DNA of 64,000 nt from an uncultured Syntrophaceae bacterium. GTDB lineage: Bacteria > Desulfobacterota > SM23-61. Of this stretch, positions 47,943 through 57,998 are shown in pieces. The notes beneath the pieces are model-generated. The model was not told where the DNA came from and searched no databases. It saw nothing but the letters and a program-made list of their open reading frames with translations. Positions within the stretch are counted from its first letter, which is position 1; every line of letters starts with the position of its first letter. The DNA lies in assembly GCA_964484485.1 (NCBI GenBank), contig CAZAGD010000033.1:1238-65237 (forward strand), in the 5' to 3' direction. The translations under genes and the position numbers were made by a program.

Positions 47943-49043
47943 TTAATTATTAGGCAAATTATTTAAAACCCAAAAAGATTCATCCCGAAGGGCAATTTTT
48001 ACTTTTTTACCTCTCCAAAGTTCTAAATTTCTGAAAGCATAGTTGGGAATGTTGATTTCAAAATTTACTTTTCCTTCTTTAGTTTGGAAATTAATTAGAC
48101 GGTATCCACCTTTATCAATAAAATCTATAATCTCTCCTTCCAAAATATTTTTTTTTAGCGCCTCCTTAACAGGTTTTTCTTCCCTAAGGATCATTACTTC
48201 CTCAGGCCGAATAAAAAGATCGATTTCTTTATCTCCTCCATCATAAAGAGTAGCGGGAATGGAAAGAAGAAGACCATTTAAACTCCAAAAATGTCTCTGT
48301 AGATTTTCATCCCTTTTGAGAAATTCCGCACGGTAAATGTTCCTCAATCCGAGAAATTGGGCTACTTTTTTAGACTTTGGTCTTAAAAATATTTCTTCTT
48401 TGGTTCCTACCTGCTCCACTTTTCCATCGATAAAAACAGTAATTCGATCAGCCAACGAATAGGCTTCTTCAAAATCATGGGTTACGCATAAAATTGTGGG
48501 TCGGAAGGAATCATGAATAGCTTTAAGGAGCTGTTGAATCTCAAATTTAATGCCCGGGTCTAGTCCGGTAAAAGGTTCGTCAAGGAGAAGGAGTTTAGGC
48601 TTTGAGGCCAATCCCCTTAGCAAGGCCACCCGTTTCTTTTCTCCCCCACTAAGACGAGCGGGATAGCGATCAAGAAGCCCTTCAAGTTTCATAATGGAAA
48701 TTAAATTATTAATATAGGATTCATAATCCTTTAAAGGAAGGCTCCGCGCCCTTATTCCATAAAGAATATTCTCTATAACCTTCATATGAGGAAAGAGAGC
48801 CAAGTCTTGAGGCACGTAAGAAATTTCCCTCTTTTCAGGAGAAAGATTTTGAATCTCTTTCCCTTCAATCCAGATCTTCCCCTTTCTGGGCTTATGAAGA
48901 CCAATGATTGATTCGAGGATCAAGGTTTTTCCACTGCCTGTTGGCCCGAGAAGATAGTGGAAATCTCCTTGGTTAATCTCCAGATTAAGATCAAAAAATT
49001 TGAAAGATTTTAAGACGATGGTTAGCCCTTCGACCTTAATCAT
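47943..49043 (-). CDS. modC: molybdate/tungstate ABC transporter ATP-binding protein with C-terminal TOBE domain
   Basis: Walker A GPTGSGKT, LSGGEKKRVALLRGL signature, Walker B LLLDEP; C-terminal TOBE-like domain. Confidence 0.8.
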   Translation of the reverse strand: MIKVEGLTIVLKSFKFFDLNLEINQGDFHYLLGPTGSGKTLILESIIGLHKPRKGKIWIEGKEIQNLSPEKREISYVPQDLALFPHMKVIENILYGIRARSLPLKDYESYINNLISIMKLEGLLDRYPARLSGGEKKRVALLRGLASKPKLLLLDEPFTGLDPGIKFEIQQLLKAIHDSFRPTILCVTHDFEEAYSLADRITVFIDGKVEQVGTKEEIFLRPKSKKVAQFLGLRNIYRAEFLKRDENLQRHFWSLNGLLLSIPATLYDGGDKEIDLFIRPEEVMILREEKPVKEALKKNILEGEIIDFIDKGGYRLINFQTKEGKVNFEINIPNYAFRNLELWRGKKVKIALRDESFWVLNNLPNN

Positions 49044-49812
49044 ATCGAAATTTCTTACCGGTCAAGCGCACGCCATAAAGGGCTAAAATTCCTAAAAGTA
49101 CTAAGACTAAAATCAGAATAACAGACTTTTCAATATTGGCCGAAGCTAAGGCGGTAAATATGGCAATAGGCATAGTTTCAGTTTTTCCTGGCATGGCACC
49201 TGCGAGGGTAACGGTAGCTCCAAATTCACCTACGGCTTTGGCCCAAGAGAGAATAACCGAGGCCAGGAGGCCGCGAAAAGAAAGGGGCAAGGTAATTAGA
49301 TAAAAGGTCTGCCATGGCGAAGAGCCCAGCGATCGAGCGACAGCTTCATACCGGGGAGAGATCTCATCCAGAGAAGCTTTCATTAATCGGGTGGCCAAGC
49401 CGGCGACGGTGGCAAATTGAGCTAAGATAATTCCGGGGACCTCAAAGACGAAAAAAATACCTTTATTTTGGATTAAATTCCCTAAGGGAGTGTTAAAAAA
49501 AACAAGGAAAGAAGCTCCCAGAGCAATAGGGGAAAGGATCAGGGGAATTTCTAAGAAGGCATCAATAAGACTTTTCCCTCTAAAATCAAAACGCGAAAGA
49601 GCATAAGCGGAAGGAAGCGCAATAAGGATAGCCAAGAAGGTAGCCAGCGTGGCGGCCGTTAGACTAAGGCGGATCGAATATAAAGTATAAGGATTTAGCA
49701 ATGCTTCCCAGAAACCTTTTCCGCCAACGAAATAGAAAAGAGAAAAGATTAAAACCAAATAAAAAAGAAAAATGCCAAGTGCTGCCCCAATCATGGCCCC
49801 GCGAAAGCTCAT
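49036..49812 (-). CDS. modB: molybdate/tungstate ABC transporter permease
   Basis: 6 TM; EAA-like loop; overlaps modC and the binding-protein gene. Confidence 0.8.
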   Translation of the reverse strand: MSFRGAMIGAALGIFLFYLVLIFSLFYFVGGKGFWEALLNPYTLYSIRLSLTAATLATFLAILIALPSAYALSRFDFRGKSLIDAFLEIPLILSPIALGASFLVFFNTPLGNLIQNKGIFFVFEVPGIILAQFATVAGLATRLMKASLDEISPRYEAVARSLGSSPWQTFYLITLPLSFRGLLASVILSWAKAVGEFGATVTLAGAMPGKTETMPIAIFTALASANIEKSVILILVLVLLGILALYGVRLTGKKFRYD

Positions 49813-50738
49813 AGCTTCCTTTTACTCCATTCTCTGGGAAGAGCATATTCTCCACCTACTGGTGTATCAGGTTTGGTAAAACGGCGACTTTCTTGCAGGT
49901 CCATTAAATAATTATATTTCCGGAAAATATTTTTTCCTTCAGGTGATAAAAGGAAATTGATAAAATTTTGGGCTCCCGTTTTGTTTTGAGTGAATTTTGA
50001 AATACCGATGGGAATATAGCCAATTCTTGGAATTTCTTCTGGCTTTAAATAGATCGTCTCAATTCTTTTGGGATCCCAATATTGGAAAACCCTCCAACCG
50101 ATCACTGCATCCACCGCTTTAAAGGAGATGGCATTCGCTGTTTTTTCACAACTTTCTGCATAATTAATTAAATTTTTCTTTAAATTCTCTTTCTCAGTGG
50201 GATTTAAATTTTTTTCTATAATTTCTACTGCATAAATTCCCACACAAACATATTCAGGATTAGCAATAGCTACCCGGATTCCTGGTTTAGTTAAATCTTT
50301 AAGAGAATAGATTCTTTTAGGATTCCCCCTTTGCACATTAATAGCAGGAATAAGATAAACCACAATTCTCTCTGTTTCGGAAAAGACCAAGCCTTCTTTT
50401 TTAGCTTGTTCCATAAAATCCGAAGATCCCGGGAAAAAAACATCTCCTTTTTTAGCTAATTTCATCTGTGAAAGGAGGAAGCCTGACCCTCCAAAAGCGC
50501 TGTCGACAGGGATGGCATATTTTCTTTGAAAAAGTTGGACGACTTCTTCGGTAGCAGGCTTGCTGGCTGCTCCTGCCAAAAGAAGTAACCGGGAAGAAGC
50601 AAAGGCTTCTTGGAAAATGCCTATTGATATAAAAAATACCAAAAGAATAAGCCTTGATTGATAATAGATTTTTCTCATCCACATACTTTTTGGAAAAAAA
50701 GAAAAGGGACCGGCTAATTTTGGGAGATAGGGAAGCAT
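49809..50738 (-). CDS. molybdate/tungstate ABC transporter substrate-binding protein (ModA/WtpA-like)
   Basis: Signal/TM then oxyanion-binding protein fold pattern; start possibly at internal MRKIYYQ. Confidence 0.65.
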   Translation of the reverse strand: MLPYLPKLAGPFSFFPKSMWMRKIYYQSRLILLVFFISIGIFQEAFASSRLLLLAGAASKPATEEVVQLFQRKYAIPVDSAFGGSGFLLSQMKLAKKGDVFFPGSSDFMEQAKKEGLVFSETERIVVYLIPAINVQRGNPKRIYSLKDLTKPGIRVAIANPEYVCVGIYAVEIIEKNLNPTEKENLKKNLINYAESCEKTANAISFKAVDAVIGWRVFQYWDPKRIETIYLKPEEIPRIGYIPIGISKFTQNKTGAQNFINFLLSPEGKNIFRKYNYLMDLQESRRFTKPDTPVGGEYALPREWSKRKL

Positions 50739-50857
50739 ATAATTAATTTCTTTGTGGTTGTTTCTGCAATTGGTGGTTAACCGCCAGCTTTCCGTAATAA
50801 CCTCTAAAACATCCCACCAATTTATTTTATTATTATAAGAATTAAAATGGTATTAAT

Positions 50858-51484
50858 TCAACATTTTAGAGCACAGGGTTGGATCACTCCTCTTAAAATA
50901 TGGGCAGCTCCTCTATAAAAATCTTCCTTAGTATTTTCTAAAACCTTGTCCGAAAAGATTGGCACCCATAATCTCATATGCTCTCTAAGGAAATCGTCCC
51001 TTAATTCCAAATTTCGAGAAGCTTCTTGACGCCGCCCTTCTTCAAAATCTTGGATAATTTTTTGAGTCAAATAATATAAAAATTCCAGTTCTATACCAAG
51101 GTAATCATCAGGCATGCTGTAAAGATCTTTCACGGCCATTCCTGCCTCAAGATATCGCTTTCTTACCATAATAGTCTCCTCAGTCATTAATGCTGGTGTC
51201 TCAGACAAATAAAATGAGGCATAAGGAACGGCCGGAGGGTTTTTAGGGCCGATGAATAAACGGGTATATTCGAAAGTAAGGTCTTCTAAGTATTCATTTA
51301 TTCTGTGTAAATTTTTATTTGCTGAAATAGCTAATAATTTTAGTCCATAATCTACCTCATCCTCCACCTCTTCAGGAAGCGTGATCTGGGCAATTTCCAT
51401 GATGAATTCTCTGGTAGGCTCTTTTAAAAATAATAACCTTAAGAGATTGTACAAATAGACTTCTTCTTTTAATTCATCGATCAT
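50858..51484 (-). CDS. TorD/DmsD-family redox-enzyme maturation chaperone
   Basis: 208 aa helical protein with TorD-family pattern, immediately downstream of molybdoenzyme catalytic subunit. Confidence 0.6.
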   Translation of the reverse strand: MIDELKEEVYLYNLLRLLFLKEPTREFIMEIAQITLPEEVEDEVDYGLKLLAISANKNLHRINEYLEDLTFEYTRLFIGPKNPPAVPYASFYLSETPALMTEETIMVRKRYLEAGMAVKDLYSMPDDYLGIELEFLYYLTQKIIQDFEEGRRQEASRNLELRDDFLREHMRLWVPIFSDKVLENTKEDFYRGAAHILRGVIQPCALKC

Positions 51485-51544
51485 TATTACCTCATTTAAG
51501 TCAAAATCGAACTGCCCAAAGGGGAGTTCTCCCCTTTGGGCTAT

Positions 51545-54427
51545 TTATGCCTTTTTAACCCTAACCATCATATCGGCATAGCAGGGCTGTCCCATGATTG
51601 GGCTCAGGGCATCTGGATCACAGAGCATGTTATGGTCCGGCGTATAGTCTTTGCTATTGTAGGCAGGCCCCAGACCTGGACTAAATCTTCCTCCGGCACC
51701 AAAGCCTATTTTTATCACACCGGGTCTTATGCCCCCTGAGACGTATGCTTTGCCCCTCTGTGATTTGCCAATCGGATTTTCTATAATTACAAGATCGCCC
51801 GTCTTAATCCCCAGCTTCTGCGCATCATTATAGTTAATCCAGATTGTTCCCACAGAATAAGTATTTGCTTTGAATTTTAGGCGCAGGGGTTTCATTGGCT
51901 GATCACCTACAGGCATTGCTTCAGGCACGGTAGCTACAAATTCATTGTTCATCGGTAGCCATAAACCCTCGGCCTTTATTTCGCCGAGCCATGGTACCAT
52001 CTGTGTTCCAGTCATAGCGTGGTGGACTCTTCCTGTAATAAGTTGGAAGGGGAAATCTTTCGCATATTTCTTATATTCAGGATTTGTATAAGGGTTCCAC
52101 TTTGTTTCAAACCAATAAAAGGTGGATGGGAATTTGTCAAAACCGATCTGTTTAAGGCCCAATGGAACTTCCCCGCCGGCCTTTTCTATCTTGGCATTAT
52201 GCCCAGCATATCCTCCATAACGCCTATCACCATCTTTCCAATCAAATTTGAACTCAATGAGTCTGGTCGAAGTAGGTGGCCAGACCTTGTGTGGCTCATC
52301 TTTTGTCGACCACTTATACCTATACCAACTCATGGGCCATACGGCGACACCCTTATTTTTTCTGAGCCATGACACCGTAACAGGTTCACCGATTATTTCC
52401 TTTTTCTCATGGTCAATTTTGACATTCCCCTTCTCAAGCGACTCAGGTGTGCCTATGATTTTATATCCTTCGGGATATTGCGGATAGGGGAGGGGCGTGC
52501 CTATATTGGGTTTATCGGGAGTTTTCAGTATAAGGTCATTGGCAAATTCCTCTTCTGTCTTATACTTTTCCCAGAAGTCTCCAGGGTGGATATCCTTATC
52601 GCCCAGTTCATGTAATTTTTTGGCAAGCATATTCATTATATCCGTGGGGTTTTTGCTCTCATGAAGAGGTTTGATAACCGCGTCTCTAACATATCCAAGG
52701 GGCATAGGAGGATAGATGTCTGACCAGCTTATTCTTTCAGCCCCACTCGCCTCGGGAAGAATTACGTCGGCATAAAGGGCACTCTCCAGATTGAGTGTGT
52801 CAATAAATACAAAAAGCTCAAGCTTGTAATTGCCTGCTGCATCTTTTGTGGTTAATGCTGCCTTCCATCTCCAGGTTGCAGAAGCAGTTACTACGGAATT
52901 ACCTGTCCTTAATATATAAGCTTTTATGGGATACTTATGTCCTCTGAATGGGCCATATCTTATCTTTACCTCGTTTCCTTCAAAGAATTCAGGATAATCA
53001 CCCACCACATCATCCCATGCTGATGGATATTTACTTCCGAAGAGGTCTTTATGGAGCTCGCTTACCTTCCCTTCCACCTCTTTTCCATCAATTGTACGTT
53101 TTACTTTTCGGTCAATAAAGCGGCCCTTTTCTACCCATGACATGTGCCTTGCCGTATGTCCGCCACCTTTACCCCACTTCATTATCTCTGTGTCAATGAT
53201 GCCACCAGGGGCGTCAAAGTTTCCGGTAATCACATTAAGGGCCACACCAAGGATGGAAGCACAGTATCCGTTAAAATGGTGACCAGGAGACTGCATGCCC
53301 CAGACTAGGGCTGCTGGTTTAGTTATACCAAAAGTATGGGCAAGGTCTGCAATATCCTCTTTCATAAGGCCTGTTCTATCAGCTGCCCATTCCAGGCTGA
53401 AGTAGCTAAGCCCATTTATGGGGTCCTTTTTGGCCCACCAGGCTTTAAATGCCTCCTCAAACTCATCCCACCCTACGGAATATTTCTTAAAGCTCCAGTC
53501 AATATATTTTCTATTCGGGTCATCCTGTTTGTCATTCTCCAGGATGTATCTGAGTATTGCTCCGAATAAGTCCCCATCAGTCCCAGGACGAGGGGCAAGC
53601 CACTTATCGGCCATTGCTGCCGTATTGCTTAGGGATGGGTCTATGACGATCACTTTACAACCATTCTCTACCATGGCCCCGACCGTGCCTCTGTTTTCAT
53701 AAAATATCCTGGTAGCCACAAATGGATTCCAGCCATTATAGATGATGAGTTTTGTTTTATAAGACATATCCTTTTTCAATGAACCATCCGGCTGTCTCAC
53801 ATAAACTGGCCTCATAATATCAGGCTCCCATCTTTTCCCACCAACCATGAGTTTTGGTCCATGCCTTCTTGGGGTATCACATATGGAGCCATGTTCGACA
53901 CAATTAGGAGTTCCGAAGGCAAAGAAGAGTCTCCAGTACTGGTCTCTGTCTGTTACATCGCCAGTATCCATTATGATAGATTCAGGACCGTATTTATTTT
54001 TAATCGTAATAAGTTTTTTTCCTATATAATCAATTGCCTCATCCCATGATACTCTCTTAAACTTCCCTTCTCCCCTTTCACCAACCCTTATCATTGGGTA
54101 TTTTAGCCGGTAAGGTGAATAAACGAGCTGTCCCAGAGCCGCCGCCTTAGCGCAGGCAATTCCATCATTTAAAGGCACGTGGGAATTACCATAAATCTTG
54201 TGCAACCTTCCGCCTTTTACCCACACCTCCAATCCACATTCACTGGGACACATGACGCAAGCAGTGTATTTTACTTCATATTTACTCATAGCTACTTGCA
54301 TTGCTTCTGCCTCTGCTGGACATATATTTTTTAATGAGATTAGGCCCGTATTATGTAAAGCAGTTATACTTCCCAAAGCTGCCGCATATTTTAAAAATAA
54401 TCTTCTTGATATTTGCATATTCTTCAC
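51545..54427 (-). CDS. TAT-exported molybdopterin (Mo-bisPGD, DMSO-reductase family) oxidoreductase catalytic subunit (Ttr/Psr/Arr/Arx-like)
   Basis: Twin-arginine signal MKNMQISRRLFLKYAAALGSITAL; N-terminal CxxCxxxC...C 4Fe-4S motif; 960 aa. Confidence 0.85.
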   Translation of the reverse strand: MKNMQISRRLFLKYAAALGSITALHNTGLISLKNICPAEAEAMQVAMSKYEVKYTACVMCPSECGLEVWVKGGRLHKIYGNSHVPLNDGIACAKAAALGQLVYSPYRLKYPMIRVGERGEGKFKRVSWDEAIDYIGKKLITIKNKYGPESIIMDTGDVTDRDQYWRLFFAFGTPNCVEHGSICDTPRRHGPKLMVGGKRWEPDIMRPVYVRQPDGSLKKDMSYKTKLIIYNGWNPFVATRIFYENRGTVGAMVENGCKVIVIDPSLSNTAAMADKWLAPRPGTDGDLFGAILRYILENDKQDDPNRKYIDWSFKKYSVGWDEFEEAFKAWWAKKDPINGLSYFSLEWAADRTGLMKEDIADLAHTFGITKPAALVWGMQSPGHHFNGYCASILGVALNVITGNFDAPGGIIDTEIMKWGKGGGHTARHMSWVEKGRFIDRKVKRTIDGKEVEGKVSELHKDLFGSKYPSAWDDVVGDYPEFFEGNEVKIRYGPFRGHKYPIKAYILRTGNSVVTASATWRWKAALTTKDAAGNYKLELFVFIDTLNLESALYADVILPEASGAERISWSDIYPPMPLGYVRDAVIKPLHESKNPTDIMNMLAKKLHELGDKDIHPGDFWEKYKTEEEFANDLILKTPDKPNIGTPLPYPQYPEGYKIIGTPESLEKGNVKIDHEKKEIIGEPVTVSWLRKNKGVAVWPMSWYRYKWSTKDEPHKVWPPTSTRLIEFKFDWKDGDRRYGGYAGHNAKIEKAGGEVPLGLKQIGFDKFPSTFYWFETKWNPYTNPEYKKYAKDFPFQLITGRVHHAMTGTQMVPWLGEIKAEGLWLPMNNEFVATVPEAMPVGDQPMKPLRLKFKANTYSVGTIWINYNDAQKLGIKTGDLVIIENPIGKSQRGKAYVSGGIRPGVIKIGFGAGGRFSPGLGPAYNSKDYTPDHNMLCDPDALSPIMGQPCYADMMVRVKKA

Positions 54428-54431
54428 CCTC

Positions 54432-55097
54432 CTACTGGTTGATTAAGCCATCGGCTATTTTAAATACTTCTTTATCTGGGACAATGAAATATACCCTCGG
54501 CTTCAGTCCATAGTCTGGATTCCAAACCTCTGTTTTCACGGATGCTTTGAGTTTAGAAATCGCACTGTTCGGGTCATTTAAATCTCCGAAGAACCTTGCC
54601 CTCCCTGCACAGTTACGGATACATGTGGGTTCTTCAATACCTGAGGCAAGCCTATGACTGCAAAAGTCGCACTTATCAACGGTTCTTAAATCTTTCGCTC
54701 TCTTCCCCCTAACCTCTTCCACATCCTTGGCGTATTTAGACGGGTCGTTCTTTACAAGAAGATGAGGATGGAGAAATCTCGCTCCATAGGGACATGCCTT
54801 GACACACCGTCCACAGCCAATGCATAAATCCCGGTTTACCATTACCACACCATCTTCCCTTTTATAAGTAGCTCCCTTCACAGGACATGGGAGGACACAT
54901 GCCGGCTCATCACACTGGTTACAGATTTTGGGGAAGAAATACCTTTTTGCCTTTGGATACTCGCCTGCGTCGGCAATATCCACTTTTGACCTAAACTTGC
55001 CCACGGGAACGCCATTCTCCATTTTGCAACTCACCTGGCAAGATGTACAGCCTACGCACTTGCGCAGGTCCACAATTAATGCGTAATTTTTGCCCAT
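54432..55097 (-). CDS. 4Fe-4S ferredoxin-type electron-transfer subunit of the molybdoenzyme (DmsB/PsrB/ArrB-like)
   Basis: Four Cys clusters (CVGCTSCQVSC; CNQCDEPAC; CIGCGRCVKAC; CDFC); start placed at ATG 55097 with GGGGG RBS. Confidence 0.8.
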   Translation of the reverse strand: MGKNYALIVDLRKCVGCTSCQVSCKMENGVPVGKFRSKVDIADAGEYPKAKRYFFPKICNQCDEPACVLPCPVKGATYKREDGVVMVNRDLCIGCGRCVKACPYGARFLHPHLLVKNDPSKYAKDVEEVRGKRAKDLRTVDKCDFCSHRLASGIEEPTCIRNCAGRARFFGDLNDPNSAISKLKASVKTEVWNPDYGLKPRVYFIVPDKEVFKIADGLINQ

Positions 55098-55132
55098 AAT
55101 TACCCCCTTTCCCAAATTTTTTAAAAATTATC

Positions 55133-55148
55133 AGCAATTCTTATGCCA
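55133..55148 (-). promoter_or_regulatory. sigma-54 (-24/-12) promoter TGGCATAAGAATTGCT upstream of the molybdoenzyme operon
   Basis: Minus-strand reading of 55133-55148 gives TGGCAT-N5-TTGCT matching TGGCAC-N5-TTGCW at 15/16 positions with correct spacing; ~25 nt upstream of start codon; sigma-54 activator encoded immediately upstream. Confidence 0.5.
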
Positions 55149-55236
55149 GACTTAAGTATATGGATGGTTTCAGATATTTGTTATGGAGTAGTGCTAAATG
55201 ATTGAGCAGGTGTGCAGAAACTGAACAGATTTTTAT

Positions 55237-56616
55237 TTATTCCTCTTCTAATTTTTTCCGCAAGGTGTTCCGCGATATGCCCAAGAGTTTCGCTGCTTGA
55301 ACTTGATTTCCTTCGGTAGCCTCAAGGGCCTTTCTGATCATCTTCTTCTCGACCTTTTTCAGCACTTCATCAAAAATATATGCGCCTTTACTTTGCAAAG
55401 CCAATTGCGCGAGTTCTTCTGTGATTTTGTCAAAATCATGATTATGACGCTTTTGCTCAGAAAAACTATTAAGGAGCTCAACGGAAAGATAATCACCCTT
55501 GGAAAAAACCACTGCTCTTTGGATTGTATTTTCTAATTCTCTTACATTCCCAGGCCAGGAATATGATTTAAATTTTGCAAGTGTTTCCGAAGTCATGCCT
55601 TTTATCGTCTTACCAAATTTTTGATTATACTTATGAATAAAATAATTAATAAGTTCAGGAATATCCTCTTTTCTTTCCCGCAAAGGTGGCACATTTATAT
55701 TGACTACATTTATCCGATAATAAAGGTCTTCTCGGAAACAGCCCTTTTCTACTAACTCCTCAAGTTTCTTGTTTGTGGCAGTAATAATCCGTACATCTGT
55801 TTTGATTGACTCTGGGCTGCCCAGCCTTTGGATCTCACCATCTTGGAGCACGCGTAATAGCTTTGCCTGTAAAGGAAGAGCCATATCTCCAATTTCATCA
55901 AGGAATAGAGTACCTTTATGGCACTGTTCAAATTTCCCAAGGCGTTTAAAATCCGCACCGGTAAATGCCCCCCGCTCATAACCAAAAAGTTCCGCTTCCA
56001 GGAGCTGCTCTGGTATGGCCGAGCAATTAATCGCCATAAAAGGCTTTTCTGCTCGGCTACTGTAATGGTAAATGGCCCGGGCTATTAATTCTTTGCCTGT
56101 TCCGCTTTCTCCCTTTATAAGAATTGGCGCATCAGTTGGAGCTATCTGACCTATCTGTTTATAAATTTCAAGCATCTGCGGGCTCTTGCCTATAATTTTT
56201 TCCCCTCCTCCAAAATCTTGAAATTCGTTAAAGGTGACGACCTCTTGCATCATTTTTTTTACATTAAGGGCATTCTTAACCCGCATAAGTAATTCATCAT
56301 TATTAAACGGCTTAGGAATATAATCATACGCTCCTAATTTCATGGCCCATATCGCTTTTTCCGTTGTGCTAAAGGCCGTCATCATAATTACTTGAATTTT
56401 AGCATCTACGGCTTTTATTCTTCGTAATACCTCAAGGCCATCCATTTCAGGCATTCTGACATCCATGATTACCAAGTCTGGTTTCATATCATTTAACAAC
56501 ATTAAGGCATCTGTTCCGCTGGCCGCGGTATAAACAATATACCCTTCAGATTGCAGGAATCTTTTAAGCGAATAACAGATTGCTCTTTGATCATCAACCA
56601 CGAGTATTTTATTCAT
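55237..56616 (-). CDS. sigma-54-dependent response regulator (NtrC family: REC + AAA+ + Fis-HTH)
   Basis: Receiver Asp region LVIMDVRMP; Walker A GESGTGKE; GAFTGA motif (ERGAFTGAD); C-terminal HTH QAAKLLGISRNTLRKK. Confidence 0.9.
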   Translation of the reverse strand: MNKILVVDDQRAICYSLKRFLQSEGYIVYTAASGTDALMLLNDMKPDLVIMDVRMPEMDGLEVLRRIKAVDAKIQVIMMTAFSTTEKAIWAMKLGAYDYIPKPFNNDELLMRVKNALNVKKMMQEVVTFNEFQDFGGGEKIIGKSPQMLEIYKQIGQIAPTDAPILIKGESGTGKELIARAIYHYSSRAEKPFMAINCSAIPEQLLEAELFGYERGAFTGADFKRLGKFEQCHKGTLFLDEIGDMALPLQAKLLRVLQDGEIQRLGSPESIKTDVRIITATNKKLEELVEKGCFREDLYYRINVVNINVPPLRERKEDIPELINYFIHKYNQKFGKTIKGMTSETLAKFKSYSWPGNVRELENTIQRAVVFSKGDYLSVELLNSFSEQKRHNHDFDKITEELAQLALQSKGAYIFDEVLKKVEKKMIRKALEATEGNQVQAAKLLGISRNTLRKKLEEE

Positions 56617-57998
56617 ATAATTAAAGGTATTCGTACCGTAAAGGTCGTCCCCGGCCCATTATTTTCGAAACTAATATCCCCATTATGGAAGTTAACAATA
56701 TTATGGTAAGCTATCCAAAGACCGAGTCCTGTGCCTTCAACCTTGGTGGTGAAAAATGGGTCAAATATTTTATTTTTTATCTCTTCGCTAATACCACCCC
56801 CGGAATCTGAAATGGAGATAAAGACGTGGCCGTCATCCGGTCTGCTTGTTACTCTAAGTCTACCTCCATTTGGCATAGCCTCAATAGCATTAAGAACAAT
56901 ATTAAGCAAAGCCTGCTCAAGCAATGTTTTATCACCTTTTATGGGGGGAAGTTTGGATAGTTTTAACTCCGTCTCAATTTTTCGGTCTTTTATCTGAAAT
57001 CGCATTAGCTTTAAGACTTGTTTTATTAGGGAATTAAGATATACATCAGAGACGTTAAATTCATCACTTCGGGCAAACTTGAGAAATCTATTCAAAAGGT
57101 TCTCCATATGTTCGACTTCCACAAGGATTACTTCTATATCTTCTTGCGTTAGCTGGGGATTATTCTTAAACGCCTGAAATAAAACTTTAATAGAGGTAAG
57201 GGGGTTTCTTATTTCATGAGCAAAGCCCGCAGAGAGTCTTCCGAGAGCTGTTAGTTTCTCCGTCCTGAGCATATTTTTATAAGAATCTTCCATTCGCTCC
57301 TTATATAACTTGAGTTCTTGAGATAGATTATTAAAGGCATTTGCTAATTCCCCAATTTCATCCTTAGAATTTATCTCGACCATCCTCCCAAAATGCCCTT
57401 TAGACAGGCTGTGGGAAAAATCTACGAGTCTGTAGAGGGGCTTAGTAATAACTTTGCCCAAACTGCTTGATAAAGCCAAACTGATTATTAAGCCAAATAT
57501 CGTTAGCGTTAGAACAATATTACGGACTCTGGTTAAAGAATGAGTAATTCGCTCTTGCTTCATGCCTATATGCAGCTCTGCCTCCAAACCGTCGAACATC
57601 TTTATGCCAAAGTCTCTTATAAAACCGATCTCCGTCTCTAATAACTTTGCGGAAATATTTTTTGGAGTTGTAGGATTCCATTGCAATAGATCTGCGGGAT
57701 AGCCATCTTTAAAAGTGTGCACAAGAATATATCCTTCTGGGTCTGTAACATATATGTATTCAATATCTCTTTCATTTTTAAGAATATCCTCAAGCGCTTC
57801 CTCTATTTTAAAACGATCATGGAGCAACACATAATCGGCTATTATATTCGACAAATTCCTAACCAAGGATTCACCCTCTTTCAATAATTCTACCTCCATG
57901 GTTTTAGCAACCAAATTTCTGACCGCCATTCCTATGAGCAGTCCCAAAGCTACGACAATAACCGAATTTAATATGACTATCTTGACCCAGAGTTTCAT
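56613..57998 (-). CDS. sensor histidine kinase (TM + HAMP-like + HisKA + HATPase)
   Basis: H-box FAHEIRNPLTSI, N/G boxes (NAIEAM; DSGGGI; GTGLGL); start placed at MKLWVKIV (57998) adjacent to the upstream gene stop. Confidence 0.8.
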   Translation of the reverse strand: MKLWVKIVILNSVIVVALGLLIGMAVRNLVAKTMEVELLKEGESLVRNLSNIIADYVLLHDRFKIEEALEDILKNERDIEYIYVTDPEGYILVHTFKDGYPADLLQWNPTTPKNISAKLLETEIGFIRDFGIKMFDGLEAELHIGMKQERITHSLTRVRNIVLTLTIFGLIISLALSSSLGKVITKPLYRLVDFSHSLSKGHFGRMVEINSKDEIGELANAFNNLSQELKLYKERMEDSYKNMLRTEKLTALGRLSAGFAHEIRNPLTSIKVLFQAFKNNPQLTQEDIEVILVEVEHMENLLNRFLKFARSDEFNVSDVYLNSLIKQVLKLMRFQIKDRKIETELKLSKLPPIKGDKTLLEQALLNIVLNAIEAMPNGGRLRVTSRPDDGHVFISISDSGGGISEEIKNKIFDPFFTTKVEGTGLGLWIAYHNIVNFHNGDISFENNGPGTTFTVRIPLII

